A stretch of DNA of 64,000 nucleotides from Octopus vulgaris (GCA_951406725.2 OX597823.1:112902001-112966000); one strand, 5' to 3'. Positions 1 through 13,336 are shown, counted from the first letter of the stretch. The notes: a model not told the origin generated them from the letters alone. Numbers and translations: made by a program.

Positions 1-570
1 AAATATAAAAAGTACAGTAAAGAAATAATAAACAGTATGTGAAGAGTTGAATAATGGAATTAAGAAGAAACAAATAGCAAATGATAAAAAAAAAAGGAGA
101 AAAAAAAAACCTAAACAAAGCACGAATTGACGTAAGTTTGTTGGGGTTGCGATGAAGAAATAACAATGGAGAATAGACTGAAAAATACTGACAGAAATTT
201 GCGAAAACAATTCTTGAAGTGAATCTGAAGTAAAAGTCTTAAACAGGTTAAACAACAACAATAATAATAATAACCAATATGAAAATGGGAAAGAAAAGAA
301 AATGGCAAAAGCAGAATTATGATACGTACATACATACATACATGCATGCATACATACATACATGATATGCATATATATTTACCAGCTCCATTTTTCACAG
401 TCAAAATAATCACAATAATGATTTCTAAGCTTGGCACAACACTAAATATTTAGCGAAATGGTATATCGTATAAAAATGCTATATTGCATAAAATGGGAAT
501 TTACACAGATATAGCGTAGTACATTGGAAAATATTAAAGCTATTCGTAATATGTTACTGATAATGTAAGA

Positions 571-647
571 TGGCGTGCTGGCAGAATCGTTAGTGCGTAG
601 GGCCACATTTCACCCGTGTTTGTTCTGAATTCAAATGTCATCGAATT
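571..647 (+). mobile_element. Degenerate SINE family A head fragment
   Basis: TGGCGTGCTGGCAGAATCGTTAG...GTTCTGAATTCAAAT matches the A-box and B-box of family A copies (e.g. 47576-47807). Confidence 0.6.
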
Positions 648-1061
648 TACAAACTATTAAGCCCATACAAAAAAAAACAACATGATTCTTTTTTCTCATT
701 CATGTAACATGAAAAATTACCGTATGTAAGTGGTGTTCATTCTTTCAAGTTCATATATTTTAATTGGTTTGTATGGCTGTTATATATATAATGGTTAATT
801 TAGGCAGCACTGTGTATATACATATGTAGTTCAGATTTATAGAAAAAACAAAAGACGGAGACAGGCGTAGGAACAACAAACAAGTGTATTAGGTTGACGC
901 TCGGGAAAAATGGAAAAATAGTTTGTTTCGAGCCTACAACTCTTCGATAGAAGGGAATAAGAGGAAATGGAGAGAGGGAATGAAAGATAATATATAAAGT
1001 AATATATATATATACACATAAACACATACATGATATATATATATGTAGATGTATGTAAGTT

Positions 1062-1120
<59 letters not shown>

Positions 1121-1609
1121 AGTATATATATCTGTAGATGTATGTAAGTATGTATATATATATGCTGGTGTGTTTACGTCCCGTCACTTAGTGGTTCGGC
1201 AAAAGAGACCGATAGTTGTATTTGGGGCTCGACTGGTCATGTTGCCAGTTTAGACAATAAAAACTCACGCACTATATATTTGGTGTTCACTTGCTTCAGC
1301 TTTATTTTATATTAATCGTATTTCGGCCAGAGTTCTTTCGTCACACTTCTGTGACCTCATCACTGGTTCGCATGCGTGTATGTATCCCGGGTATGTCTAT
1401 GTGTAAGTGTGTGTGGGAATGTGCCTGCATTATCAGTAACCCCTGTTTATACTCGCTTCGTTTAATTTACTTTTATTTATTTTATTTATTTGTTAATATC
1501 TACTTACTTTTTCTCTTCTTTCTATTTTTTGTATTTAATTTAATTTAATTTATTTTGTTAATGTATATTGTTATTTAACTCAATTTATTCATTTATCAAA
1601 TTAAATTAG

Positions 1610-2165
1610 TCGACGAATTTCTGAGAGACGCGCAGCCAAAGAACTGAGAAAAATACCACAGATGTGCGTGTAGCTGTGAGGGGAAATCATCGAATCATCA
1701 TCTACGGTTTATCAGAAGACGTGCAGATTAGTTACAGTTCAGTTCAGTTCAGTCCATTATCGCTGAAGAGTTGTGTACGAGACGCATGTCTACCAAGTTT
1801 GTGCCAAAATTGCTTTCAGCTGACAACGCACCTGCCCATTCAGCGCAATTTGTGCAGCAGTTTTTGGCTAGGTACAGCTTTCCCCAGGTCTAAAATCCAC
1901 TGTATTCTCCGGATCTCACCCCACTGCGAGTTTTACCTTTTTCCAAAAAAATCAAATTCGACACCGAGGAAATCAAAGTGAATGTGACGAAGCAGCTGCT
2001 GTTTATCCCAGAAAACGATTTCCAGCAATGATTCCATCAATGGAAACAGCGAAGGATTAAGTGTGTGGCTTTCGAAGGGGAGAACTTTGAAGGAGATTAA
2101 ATAACAAATTCGTACGTGTTGTAGTTTTGTTTATATAGCACCAGTCCAGATACTTATTGATCAGT
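1610..2165 (+). pseudogene. Internally deleted mariner transposase remnant, copy 1
   Basis: Frameshifted translation gives KFVPKLLS-ADNAPAHSA, LYSPDL.P.CEFYLFPK and [19 protein letters not shown], matching the mariner WVP, DNA..H and YSPDLAP motifs. Confidence 0.85.
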
Positions 2166-2604
2166 ACATATATATATATATATATATAAATATATATATC
2201 TGTAGATGTATGTAAGTATGTATATATATATTGTTGTATTTGGGGATGGTCATGTTGCCAGTTTAGACAATAAAAACTCACGCACTATATATTTGGTGTT
2301 CACTTGCTTCAGCTTTATTTTATATTAATCGTATTTCGGCCAGAGTTCTTTCGTCACACTTCTGTGACCTCATCACTGGTTCGCATGCGTGTATCCCCGG
2401 GTATGTCTATGTGTGTGTGTAGGAATGTGCCTGCATTATCAGTAACCCCTGTTTATACTCGCTCGTTTAATTTACTTTTATTTATTTGTTAATATCTACT
2501 TACTTTTTCTTTTCTTTCTATTTTTTGTATTTAATTTAATTTAATTTATTTTGTTAATGTATATTGTTATTTAACTCAATTTATTCATTTATCAAATTAA
2601 ATTA

Positions 2605-3155
2605 GTCGACGAATTTCTGAGAGACACGCAACCAAAGAACTGAGAAAAATACCACAGATGTGCGTGTAGCTGTGAGGGGAAATCATCGAATCATCATCTA
2701 CGGTTTATCAGAAGACGTGCAGATTAGTTACAGTTCAGTTCAGTTCAGTCCATTATCGCTGAAGAGTTGTGTACGAGACGCATGTCTACCAAGTTTGTGC
2801 CAAAATTGCTTTCAGCTGACAACGCACCTGCCCATTCAGCGCAATTTGTGCAGCAGTTTTTGGCTAGGTACAGCTTTCCCCAGGTCTAAAATCCACTGTA
2901 TTCTCCGGATCTCACCCCACTGCGAGTTTTACCTTTTTCCAAAAATCAAATTCGACACCGAGGAAATCAAAGTGAATGTGACGAAGCAGCTGCTGTTTAT
3001 CCCAGAAAACGATTTCCAGCAATGATTCCATCAATGGAAACAGCGAAGGATTAAGTGTGTGGCTTTCGAAGGGGAGAACTTTGAAGGAGATTAAATAACA
3101 AATTCGTACGTGTTGTAGTTTTGTTTATATAGCACCAGAGCAGATACTTATTGAT
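2605..3155 (+). pseudogene. Internally deleted mariner transposase remnant, copy 2
   Basis: Duplicate of 1610-2165. Confidence 0.85.
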
Positions 3156-3158
3156 CTG

Positions 3159-3262
<104 letters not shown>

Positions 3263-4686
3263 TGTATGTATGTATGTATGTATATATGTATGTATGTATG
3301 TATATATATATATATATATATACATGGCACACGCATAAGCACAAGACATACACAGACAAATACGAATACAAAGAAAACCCACACAAACAAACAAAAACAG
3401 AGAAAGCAGCCTCTAGGTTATTCCACAATTCCTCAGGCTTCTGTTTTTGCCTTCCAATTTTCGTCTGCGTACCTGGCACATGCAGTACTGGCTTGAATTG
3501 ATTTTAAGTCATGTAAAGAGCCCTTTATCTGCCGAAGGATCATTCTTCAAACATGCAACCTAGTGAAGTCTGCCAATTCAGACAGTCCCCTATTTTACGT
3601 TCCACGAGCATAATAAACAGATCAGTATTCTGCAAACTAAATTCAATAAGTAGGCATTGCGCATTCATTCCACTGTAACATACATTCATATACACTCACG
3701 CTGATATCTGGGATGCAAAAACAAGGGAAAATTAATCACATTGACACAATTTTAAATGTAAAGGAGGAAGACCGAGATGTTTTAATGTTCATGCCTTTTC
3801 CAGGTACATTATTGATGAAATAAGATGGCCAAGAATTGATGATACCAGGTCGCGAATTAAGCATGATTATTTACACATTTGTTTTTATCACAAACAGAAA
3901 AGAATAGAAAAGGCAACGATACTGTTTGCGTTTAATATAAATACGTGGTTATTCTGACAACGCACCAAGATAAGCATTGACTTTTTCTATCAATTAAATT
4001 CTGTCTCAAAAATGGCCGGTAAAATAAAAGTGACAAAAATTGTAACTTTTTAATTGAAAAACAAAAACTTTTCAACGTCACTAAGCTGCTTTCCACTTGT
4101 GTTCTTATTTTTCTCTTTCGAGATGTCCCCAACGACCTATCAATCTTCTGTTGTTTCTCTTACATCCGCCTCATTGTATAACAGCGAAGTGGTGCCACTG
4201 AGAAATGGTCGGTTTTCCATTACTCATTACTCCACTTTCGGGTTTTTAGATTCTTCATAGTCTCTTGGGAGAAAGGACAAAGCAGTTTTATTCGTGTTTT
4301 CCAGTGGTGCAACAGATAGTACCCCACCCCCCCAAAAAAATGACATTAACGGCCATTATCATAGTCTTTGTTGTATCTCAACTTTCAGTTATGTATTTCA
4401 TGAAAATTCTCGTGGGTGGAGGTGTTGTCAATCTAGTTAAAAGTAGTTGAATATAACCACAGCACATTTGTACTGAGAACGTATAAATCCCGAAATAGAA
4501 GGGATATGCCGCAAAATTTTCTCATGAAAATATTTATAAAGAAGACATTGTTTCCTTTATTTATGCTTAGTAAATATCCAAATTCTTCAGAGCAGCATAT
4601 TTCCTTATGTCAACTACAAAAACCAGCAGCAACAAAAACGAGAGCTCTTTTTATCCGAAGACAGCTGTTTTGAAAGCAGTGGTTTC

Positions 4687-4826
4687 GTCGATTCTATCAA
4701 CTTGAGTGATACTCTATTTTATCGAATCCGAAAGAAAGGAAGATAAAGTTGACGAGATTTGAACCCAGAATGTGAAGACAGAACAAATAAAGCAAGTATA
4801 TCTCTGCTGTTATAACGATTCTACCA
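4687..4826 (-). mobile_element. Old degenerate SINE A copy
   Basis: Reverse complement shows TGGTAGAATCGTTA...TTCTGGGTTCAAAT...CTTTCGGATTCGATAAAAT. Confidence 0.55.
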
Positions 4827-4893
4827 ATCAATAATAATTTTCGTTATATTTTGCCACCAGGGCATATTTTTACATGCAATAACTCATGACAAA

Positions 4894-5107
4894 GGGCAGC
4901 GAGCTAGCAGAAACTTTAGCACGCCGGGCGAAATGCCTAGCGGTATTTTGTCTACCTCAGCCGAGGTCGACTTTGCCACTCAGCCTTTCGGGGTCGATAA
5001 ATTAGGTATCAGTTACGCACTGGGGTCGATCTAATCAACTTAATCTCTTTGTCTGTCCTTGTTTGTCCCCTCTATGTTTAGCCCCTTGTGGTCTATAAAG
5101 AAATAAG
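4894..5107 (+). mobile_element. SINE family A, internally deleted, with 14-bp TSD
   Basis: Family A head, core and tail; TSD TAACTCATGACAAA at 4880-4893 and 5108-5121. Confidence 0.9.
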
Positions 5108-5124
5108 TAACTCATGACAAAACA

Positions 5125-6520
5125 ACTTTACAATGACGTAAGAAAGTGAATTGCATTCCAGAAACTTCTTTATTTCAAAGAAGTACAAAACTTTAACAAC
5201 TTTCAAAGTAGGATTCTCTCATTTCAATGTGCTTGCTGTAGAGCTTCGGCCACTTCATGAAGATTCCGTGGACGTCCGCGAAACTGAAGGTGTCAAAGGC
5301 CTTTGACACAACCGTCTTCATCTTAACAAAGTCTTCAGTACCCAAATTTTCTTTCAGCTTGGAGAGTAACCAAAAGTCACAGGAAACGAGGTCTGGACTC
5401 AAGGGAGGATGACGGATAGTTTTGATGCCCATCTCTGTCAAGTATTTGTTTAGCAGAATAGAATTGTGGAATGTTGCTGCATTACCTCGTCTTGGTGCCA
5501 TCGACCCGAGTAGAAGAACTTTGGCTTTTGTGATGTGACTTTTTCCTAAATTTCTTCAAAAGCTCCACAAAATACTCTTTGTTCATCATCTGGTCAGAAG
5601 GACACCAGAGCATGTAGATGATGTCCTTACTGTTGAAAAAGAGGATAACATGAGCTTCCAGGTGAAGGTGCTTGCCTGGCTTTCTTAAGCCGCGAGGAGA
5701 CAAGATACTTCCATTGAGTACTCAGTCTCTTGGTCACTGGATCACAACAGTTGGTCCAGTTTTCGTCATACGTCATCGTAGACTCATTTACTCTTGGGTT
5801 GGAGGTAATTAACTCAAAAATCTCCCTGCAGTTACAGACGCTCCTTTCCTTTTGTTCGTCAATGACCAGACTGGGAACAAAACTTTGTACACATTTTACA
5901 CATGCTCAGATCTTCGTCAATAATTCTGAGTACAATTGCCGCATCATCGTCAAACTGCATGCTTGTTGTTTTTATAGTCACTCGACAGTTACCATCCAGA
6001 AAATTCCGAGTTTTTCCAATCCACGATGATATTCTGCGGCCCTTCACCATGCCACTCCACTCATCGTCCCTCATCTTTTCTCTACTATCCTTGAACCGTT
6101 CAGCGTACAATTTCCACATCATCGTCAAACTGTATGCGTTTTGTCTTTATAAGCACTCGATAGTTTCCATTCAGAAAATTCCGAATTTTCTCAACCCACT
6201 CTGATGTTCTGCGGCCCTTGACCATGTCACTCCTCTCAACATCTCTCATCTTTTCTCTACTATCCTTGAACCTCTTGTGCCAGCGAAAAGCAGATGACCG
6301 ATTCGCACAAGTTTATCCATAAGGAGTATGGAGCATTTCATAAGCTTCTGTATCGTTTTCTGCCAGTTTAGAACAAAAGCTTATTGCTTAGCAAGCTTCA
6401 AATTGTCCCGACTAAATTCTACAAACTAGGGAGCTGTAACAAGCGGTGTTTATTAGGGTGAGATTAATGTGGTGTCACATCCGATTTCCCTAGTCTGAAA
6501 AAAAATATTGGCCACCATAC
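5125..6520 (-). pseudogene. Decayed near-full-length mariner transposon
   Basis: AFRWHKRFKDSREKMRD (HTH), TYDENW..CDP, HPPLSPDLVSCDFWLLSKLKE and C-terminal YFE across frameshifted ORFs 5193-6128; ends approximate. Confidence 0.85.
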
Positions 6521-7775
6521 TATATGTATAATAATGATATTCTAAAATCACAATAACTTAGGAAATTATGATTGCTTCATATATAAAACTCTCAAACCTT
6601 CTGGAATGCACGTCGTATATACACATATGTTGTGTGTATATAAACATATATACATACACACATATATATATATATATATACACACACATATATATATATT
6701 GGTAGATAGATACATGTATGTATTTGTGTGTATGTATATATATGTGTGTGTGTTTTTTTTACATATATGTATATATGTATATATGCTTGTATGTCTACGT
6801 ACGTGTGTGTGCGCGCACGTGTGAATTTATTGGTATTAGGGTGTTAGGCAAGATAACGATACGATAAAATGTATTGGAAAAGATTTGGAATATATAAATG
6901 CGTAAATGGAAATAAAGCACAAAGTGAATGACGGTATTATATGAACATAAAGAGGAGATTTCGGCACCTGAGCTTGGTTAGGGAGTGTGTCGACGATTCA
7001 CGAAATTGTATTAAGGTGGAGGGGTTCACTAGGAGAAAGGATAAAAATCTATGAGGTTGAGTATATGAAGAAACTAGAAGGCCTTTAGTCGCGTTTCTTT
7101 CAAAGTATAGATAAATAAGGTGAAACAAAAAACAAAAAAACTAATAGAAAAAGCACAAAAGAAACAGACATATATCGCAAACAAGGAATAGAATGGCAAA
7201 ATTAAAATGATAATGATACTGATGATGATGATGACGACGCCGCCGACGGCGATGAATATATCGAATATCGTATTACAAAAGGACTACTGTTATCCCAGAC
7301 GCCATTACTACTATGGCCGTGGCCATCAACATCGAAACAACCGCCACCACCAGGAAGAACAAGAATAAGAACAGAAACAACATTACCTTTACAACAACAG
7401 CAACAAATCAATAATGTTTCAGAAGTTTTATTGGCTCAAGCTAACATTTCTCTTCTTATTTGATAACATACAACATTGGAGAATAAATGAAATATTATTT
7501 TGTGTCTACAATTAATGGTTATGTGTTATATCAAAATATTCCAAATGAAAAATATGTTCTATTCAGTAACACCCTACCTCACACACACACACACAGACTC
7601 ACATACACAAAAATGTATACATATATGCATGAATATATATGTGTGTAAGTGCGTATGTATATATATGTGTCCGTGCGTGTGTGTGTACATACATACTAGA
7701 TGTATATACTTATATACATACACACGCAGATATATATGTATATATGTTTATATATATGTGTGTGTATGTGTGCGT

Positions 7776-7815
<40 letters not shown>

Positions 7816-8183
7816 TTATACAACAGGAAGATAGAATAAACAGGCTTTAATTACAAATTACAACAATTGTTTCTGTGCAGTATCAACCGCTTCAAGTTGC
7901 TGATTTTACATAAATTATCTTATGAATAGTCGCATAACTAAACATGATCCAGTAGCAGCTGTTTGTCGGCACTTCATCAGGTACGTTGCTTTTAAAGCAG
8001 TGCTTGATCACGTTCAATTTCATTTCTTATATATGCCTTTGCTTAATCAACTTCCTCTTTTTACCGAGTAGCTCATGGATTCAAGTCAACACAAATTATA
8101 GATACCAATAAATAGCAATATATATATATAAGTCCTGGGGTCGATTTGCTCGAGTAAAAGGAGGTAAAAGAGTACCCTGATAT

Positions 8184-8227
<44 letters not shown>

Positions 8228-8235
8228 GATAAGAA

Positions 8236-8426
8236 AATACAAGATAAGAAAATGGAGAAATACATCTAAATCAAATATCAATTACCAGATAATACTCAAT
8301 CACATACTTTATTAAACCACCACATAAGAGACTGGGGTTAAACATAAAAAAGCAGAACAAATCAGTGTATTATCTGGTAATTGATATTTAATTTAGATGT
8401 ATTTCTCCGTTTTCTTATCTTGTATT
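8236..8426. repeat. 60-bp inverted repeat with 71-bp spacer in a (TA)n-flanked segment
   Basis: 8236-8295 is the reverse complement of 8367-8426 with 2 mismatches. Confidence 0.9.
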
Positions 8427-8598
8427 AGTAATTTGTGGTAAATCATTTTACCTTTGCCCATATAATACAGTAAATGAATTAATTGCATCGCAATCCTTAA
8501 CATTTATGTATTAACTTTGTTGGGTACTTCACTAGCAGTATATTGGATATATGTTATCCCATGGAGGGTTGCATTTACAACCCCTATCTCAATTTGTG

Positions 8599-8632
<34 letters not shown>

Positions 8633-9075
8633 GTGGCAGTGAAAACAGAAATACAACTTTTAAAACAGAGTAGATTCTTTAATGGAAGCAAAAGAAAAAC
8701 CTCAAATAAATGTATAAACATACATCAAAACTAATATCCTGTCTTTTTATTTTATTCTAAGCCTGTCTCTTTTTATTTATTTCATTTTGTCCTGGGACAT
8801 GGACTATAAACATCATTTATCTTTATTGTCTCCACCACGTGACCCATTGCGATCACGATGTATGCATGTCCCTTAGTCCACTTGGAAAACTTAATTTCAT
8901 TTATTTTCGTTCCGAAGAAAGCCTTTTGATAGTCAATAAGATTCTTATCTTATATGAAGAAATTTATTCCCCTTTACCCATTTACACATATTGATGTTCA
9001 TTCACACACGTATAAACCAACATATACACCCTGTTATGGGCAAATACATATATATACAGATTTATATATCTATAC

Positions 9076-9142
<67 letters not shown>

Positions 9143-9654
9143 CTGTCTTTTCTATATATTTACTTCTTTTATCTTCCAACTCTACATACACCCTACATAC
9201 ATACACATCTGCAAAGCCCACATATATACATACACGCATATACTTACATACATGCAAACTATTGGCAATATTTCTCATTTTTTATCGTTACGTTAAATCA
9301 ATGATTTTTTTTTTATTTCCTTACATTCCTTATACTTTTCTAAATGTTTGTTGCTTGCCAATGTGTATTTCTTTAAACGTACAGTAATTGTACGAGAATA
9401 TTTAAACACACTTTCAAGCAACAAATGTATGAGCATCATTTGATTATTATTGGCACGTTCACATTATTATAATCATTACAGGATTATAATCGGGACTTTC
9501 AAATTATTAAAATCATTACATTACTTGTAAACAACAGTACTGACATGTTACTAAAAGTCGTCAACTCATTCTAAAGTACATTTCTGAGACAATAAAATAT
9601 CAATATTACTTTGAACATTAGATGCATGTTTTCTAAATTCTGGAAATGAACCCT

Positions 9655-9945
9655 TCAGTATATGATTGCACTTGAGGATAGCCTCGGAGTATTTGTTAAT
9701 TATTTTATCCCTACATAATATTATCTCGGGATTCACATCCAGGCAGAGGTTACATACTTTAGAATGTGCATGATACGGTTTTGTACTCCGTAAAACCACC
9801 AGGCAATGTTGCTATTTATTTATTTCCTTTTCAGCTCCCATATAAGGTCTGAGTGTGACGTGCGTTGTCTCTTGCAACTGTTGGAAAATGATGCAATATG
9901 GTTTCTATAGTAGTTCTTCAAGCTGGCCCTGGTGGCTTCTATTTA
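9655..9945 (-). pseudogene. Penelope-like element GIY-YIG endonuclease C-terminal remnant
   Basis: *IEATRASLKNYYRNHIASF...LIWELK...IAW...KPY...CNLCL...IINKYSE...CNH follows the PLE pattern YIG.T...FK.RY.NH..SF / IW.LK / PY..C.LCL.EK / LN.R.E..CRH. Confidence 0.75.
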
Positions 9946-11013
9946 TGCATATGTATGTGCAGTAGATAATCGAATAATTCCTGCAAGCACCCCCGCCCAC
10001 ACATTTATGATTATCTAATATGATCCCTGCTCCTAGAGGTAATGTCCCAATTACCAAACACCAAATAAGAATAGATCCCTATGAGAAAGGGAGATAATCT
10101 CAAGAATCAATAACACTCCAAATATGACACGCTACTAAGAAAAACTAGAGTCTCATTGTGCGGATATTGGAGGACGTTCATGAGTATCTGTTTCTACTCA
10201 ATATACGTTGTCAGCACCACAATTCTCCCACGTAATCTCGAGTAACCAAGTGATTCAGACATATTCAAATAAGAGTAATTGTAATTTGCATTCGTTTTAA
10301 AACTTTAGAAAAAGATTAAGAAGTTTTTCTGATGTGAATTTGTATGTGTATGAATATGTGTGTGTTGTGTGTGTATGTACGTATATATATATAGGCACAT
10401 ATATACAAACACACACACACACATATACATATATATATATATATAAATGTATGTGGATAGAGAGTAAGAGATTGGTAGATACATACATATATATGTGTGT
10501 GTATTTGTATCTCTCTCTCTCGCTCTCTGTTTAACTATATATGAATATGCCTGTATGTATTTGTTCATTTGACCAGAATAACTTACCAGTGGCGCCAGTC
10601 ATCTCTGATTACATGATCTCCTTCTCATGGACATGTGAGAGAACGCAATATACTGAAAACAAGATCAGCACGTCCCTCGACACCGTTAGCATTGTTCGCC
10701 CTAGAACATCACGTAATTGTTTCTCGCTATTCAGTTTACACCCCACACTCACAACCGTCATACAAGCCTACTTTTCTGATACATAAAAGAAATCGAATTT
10801 CCTCCTTCAGTACAAGCAAACTATTCTCATTCGCTTGACCGAAAATTCTTAAATGTAATAACGCAAATATTTCACGTTATTTCATTTCATTCCATGGAAA
10901 ACCTGAAAACTTTCTTTACTTTTTATATCAAAACTGAGGAGCAATTTCTTTATTTCTTCTGACTAAATTTAGTATCATTAACAATATACTATTCTGTGTA
11001 CTACCAAACATGT

Positions 11014-11050
<37 letters not shown>

Positions 11051-11249
11051 AACTCATACACGTGCTTGTGCATATATATATCTGTGGGTACGCTCCTGTA
11101 TATGTACATTTAATATTAATACCATTTTTACCCGTTTTCACAAAAAGGGTGTTTTTTAACTCCACGTTATCATTTGTTGCTATATAATACCCAGTGAAAG
11201 TTTCAAATATTTTGGTTTCTCTCCGATCAATTCTAATTAAGAAGGAAAG

Positions 11250-11288
<39 letters not shown>

Positions 11289-11845
11289 GAGTGAGAGAGC
11301 AGTGCATGCCATCAAAGTGACACTGGGGTAAAATATACGAAGCCCAATATACCCATCATGACTACCCGTCTGATAAGGGTACACCAGGCACATGAATCAC
11401 AACCATATGTGCGCGACATGGTGATCTCATATCAAGATAAACAGCACATGGCCTTGCAGGTGGAGCCCAGTTAGAATTTTCTTCAGGTTGAGTAGCCCAT
11501 CCCGCTCAAAAGGTCCCTGAATAAGGGTTGTTTAAGGATGTTGAAAGAACCACCCATGTTTCCAGAGGTGAATTATTCAAACCCCAAAGAATCCCTCTCA
11601 ACACATGGCTATGATGCTCCCCCACTACTTCTGCTCGTGATCAGAGATGCACATATCGTCAGCCACCAAGGGACATGCTCAACTGGTTAAGGTCAAACAA
11701 CTGACAAGCAAATCTGTGGTATTGAGCAGAATATTTGCTGTAGCCCATCTTTTATACCAAGACAAAACAATGTACATGATAGCACTTCCAATCAGTGAAG
11801 ATCAGAAGCCATGAGAGCCACTGCCTGGTACTGCAGCAGGGCATT
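11289..11845. mobile_element. ~555-bp non-coding insert embedded in an (ATT)n microsatellite
   Basis: Complex sequence with sharp edges between (ATT)n at 11251-11288 and 11846-11872; no recognisable ORF. Confidence 0.55.
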
Positions 11846-12363
11846 TATTATTATTATTATTATTATTATTATCGTTGTTGTTGCTATTGACTAAATTTAC
11901 CTTGATAATTCTAAATAATTTCAAATATAAGCGAAAGAAATGATTTTTATTTATCTTTTATTTTTACAGAGAGTTTTATTGAACTACATGGAAGTATACA
12001 ACGCGCTAGAATGTGATAATAAATGGCGTCTTTCCCAAATAATCCTTATTTCTTTTTACATGAAAAATTGAAATCAATAACTGTGTCGTATTACCCGGGA
12101 AACTCCCCCATTTGACAGAATACTAATGATCATTAAAAAACATCTGCTAAGCAGTAAAAAACCAAAGCCGACATGATATTGAAAATAGGGCTCATGTAAT
12201 TGTAGAAAATTTAAACAGAAAAACCCCCAGAAATATTCCAGCAAATAAATTAACATTAGAGAGAGGACAGTTGACGGAAAAACAACAACGACATCTATAA
12301 CATTCACATGTACACTCGTTCTTTCTCAAAGAATATGTTTCAAATGCATGTTAGGTCCCCGTT

Positions 12364-12755
12364 GTGGAGGCGCAATGGCCCAATGGTTAGGGCAGCGGAC
12401 TCGCAGTCATAGGATCAGGGTTTCGATTCCCAGACCGGGCGTTGTGAGTGTTTATTGAGCGAAAACACCTAAAAGCTCCACGAGGCTCCAGCAGGGGATG
12501 GTGGTGATCCCTGCTGTACTCTTTCACCACAACTTTCTCTCACTCACTCTTACTTCCTGTTTCTGTTGTACCCGTATTTCAAGGGGCCGGCCTTGTCACT
12601 CTCTGTGTCACGCTGAATATCCCCGAGAACTACTTTAAGGGTGCACGTGTCTGTGGAGTGCTCAGCCACTTACACGTTAATTTCACGAGCAGGCTGTTCC
12701 GTTGGTTGGGGTCAACCGGAACCCTCATCGTCGTAACCGACGGAGTGCTTCCACC
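12364..12755 (+). mobile_element. tRNA-derived SINE family C, full length
   Basis: A box TGGCCCAATGG, B box GTTTCGATTCC; highly similar to 51974-52356; TSD AGGTCCCCGTT at 12353-12363 and 12756-12766. Confidence 0.92.
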
Positions 12756-12939
12756 AGGTCCCCGTTATTTACAACTTCCTTTTCAAATATAGCAATCTTG
12801 ACAATATTCATTCCTTGCTGAGGGCGGATGCATGGAATCGTCATGTGACGAAAACGGGAATCTAACTGAAAAGTGTCAGGCTTGCGAGTTTGTTTCTTTA
12901 TACTCTCCAAGAAGAACATTGAGGCATTCCTCGCAGATG

Positions 12940-13336
12940 GCTTTATATATAAAAGTGAGGTTGTGTGCTGTCTGTCTCCTACGATTTAGATTCCTAACTA
13001 CTCCCACATTTTGCGGTGCAGTTTAACCAAAACCGGGTATCTTATAGTCGTGATTCCTATCGAGCCCTTCTGGGTATTAACGCGCATCTAAGATGAGTCT
13101 ACGATTTAAAAAAAAATTTACCATCATTTTTTCCCATTTTTAATGCATTTTTGGCATATATAAGGGAAGTAACTCTCTAAAAATTTATTATTAAGTCTCA
13201 GAACGTAAAAAGCTACAGTAACACGCCCTCCTTTGTGGTTAGCCATATTGAGATGGCTGTCATACTTTATATCTCTAAAAATGCTTATATAGTTAATTCC
13301 CTTACAAACCCGAGCAACGCCGGGCGATACTGCTAG
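12940..13336 (+). mobile_element. Non-autonomous Helitron family H1
   Basis: Matches 50405-50799; 3' hairpin CCCGAGCAACGCCGGG then CTAG|T; 5' TC altered to GC. Confidence 0.85.

Noticed and set aside
1760-1795. CUGAAGA-GU..AC-GAGA-CGCAU-GUC hammerhead look-alike
   Set aside because: GAGA instead of GAAA, no stem I, and it lies within mariner coding sequence
12364-12440. tRNA-like sequence (also 51974, 25355, 62161)
   Set aside because: A and B boxes are present but there is no proper acceptor stem or terminator, and they continue into SINE bodies
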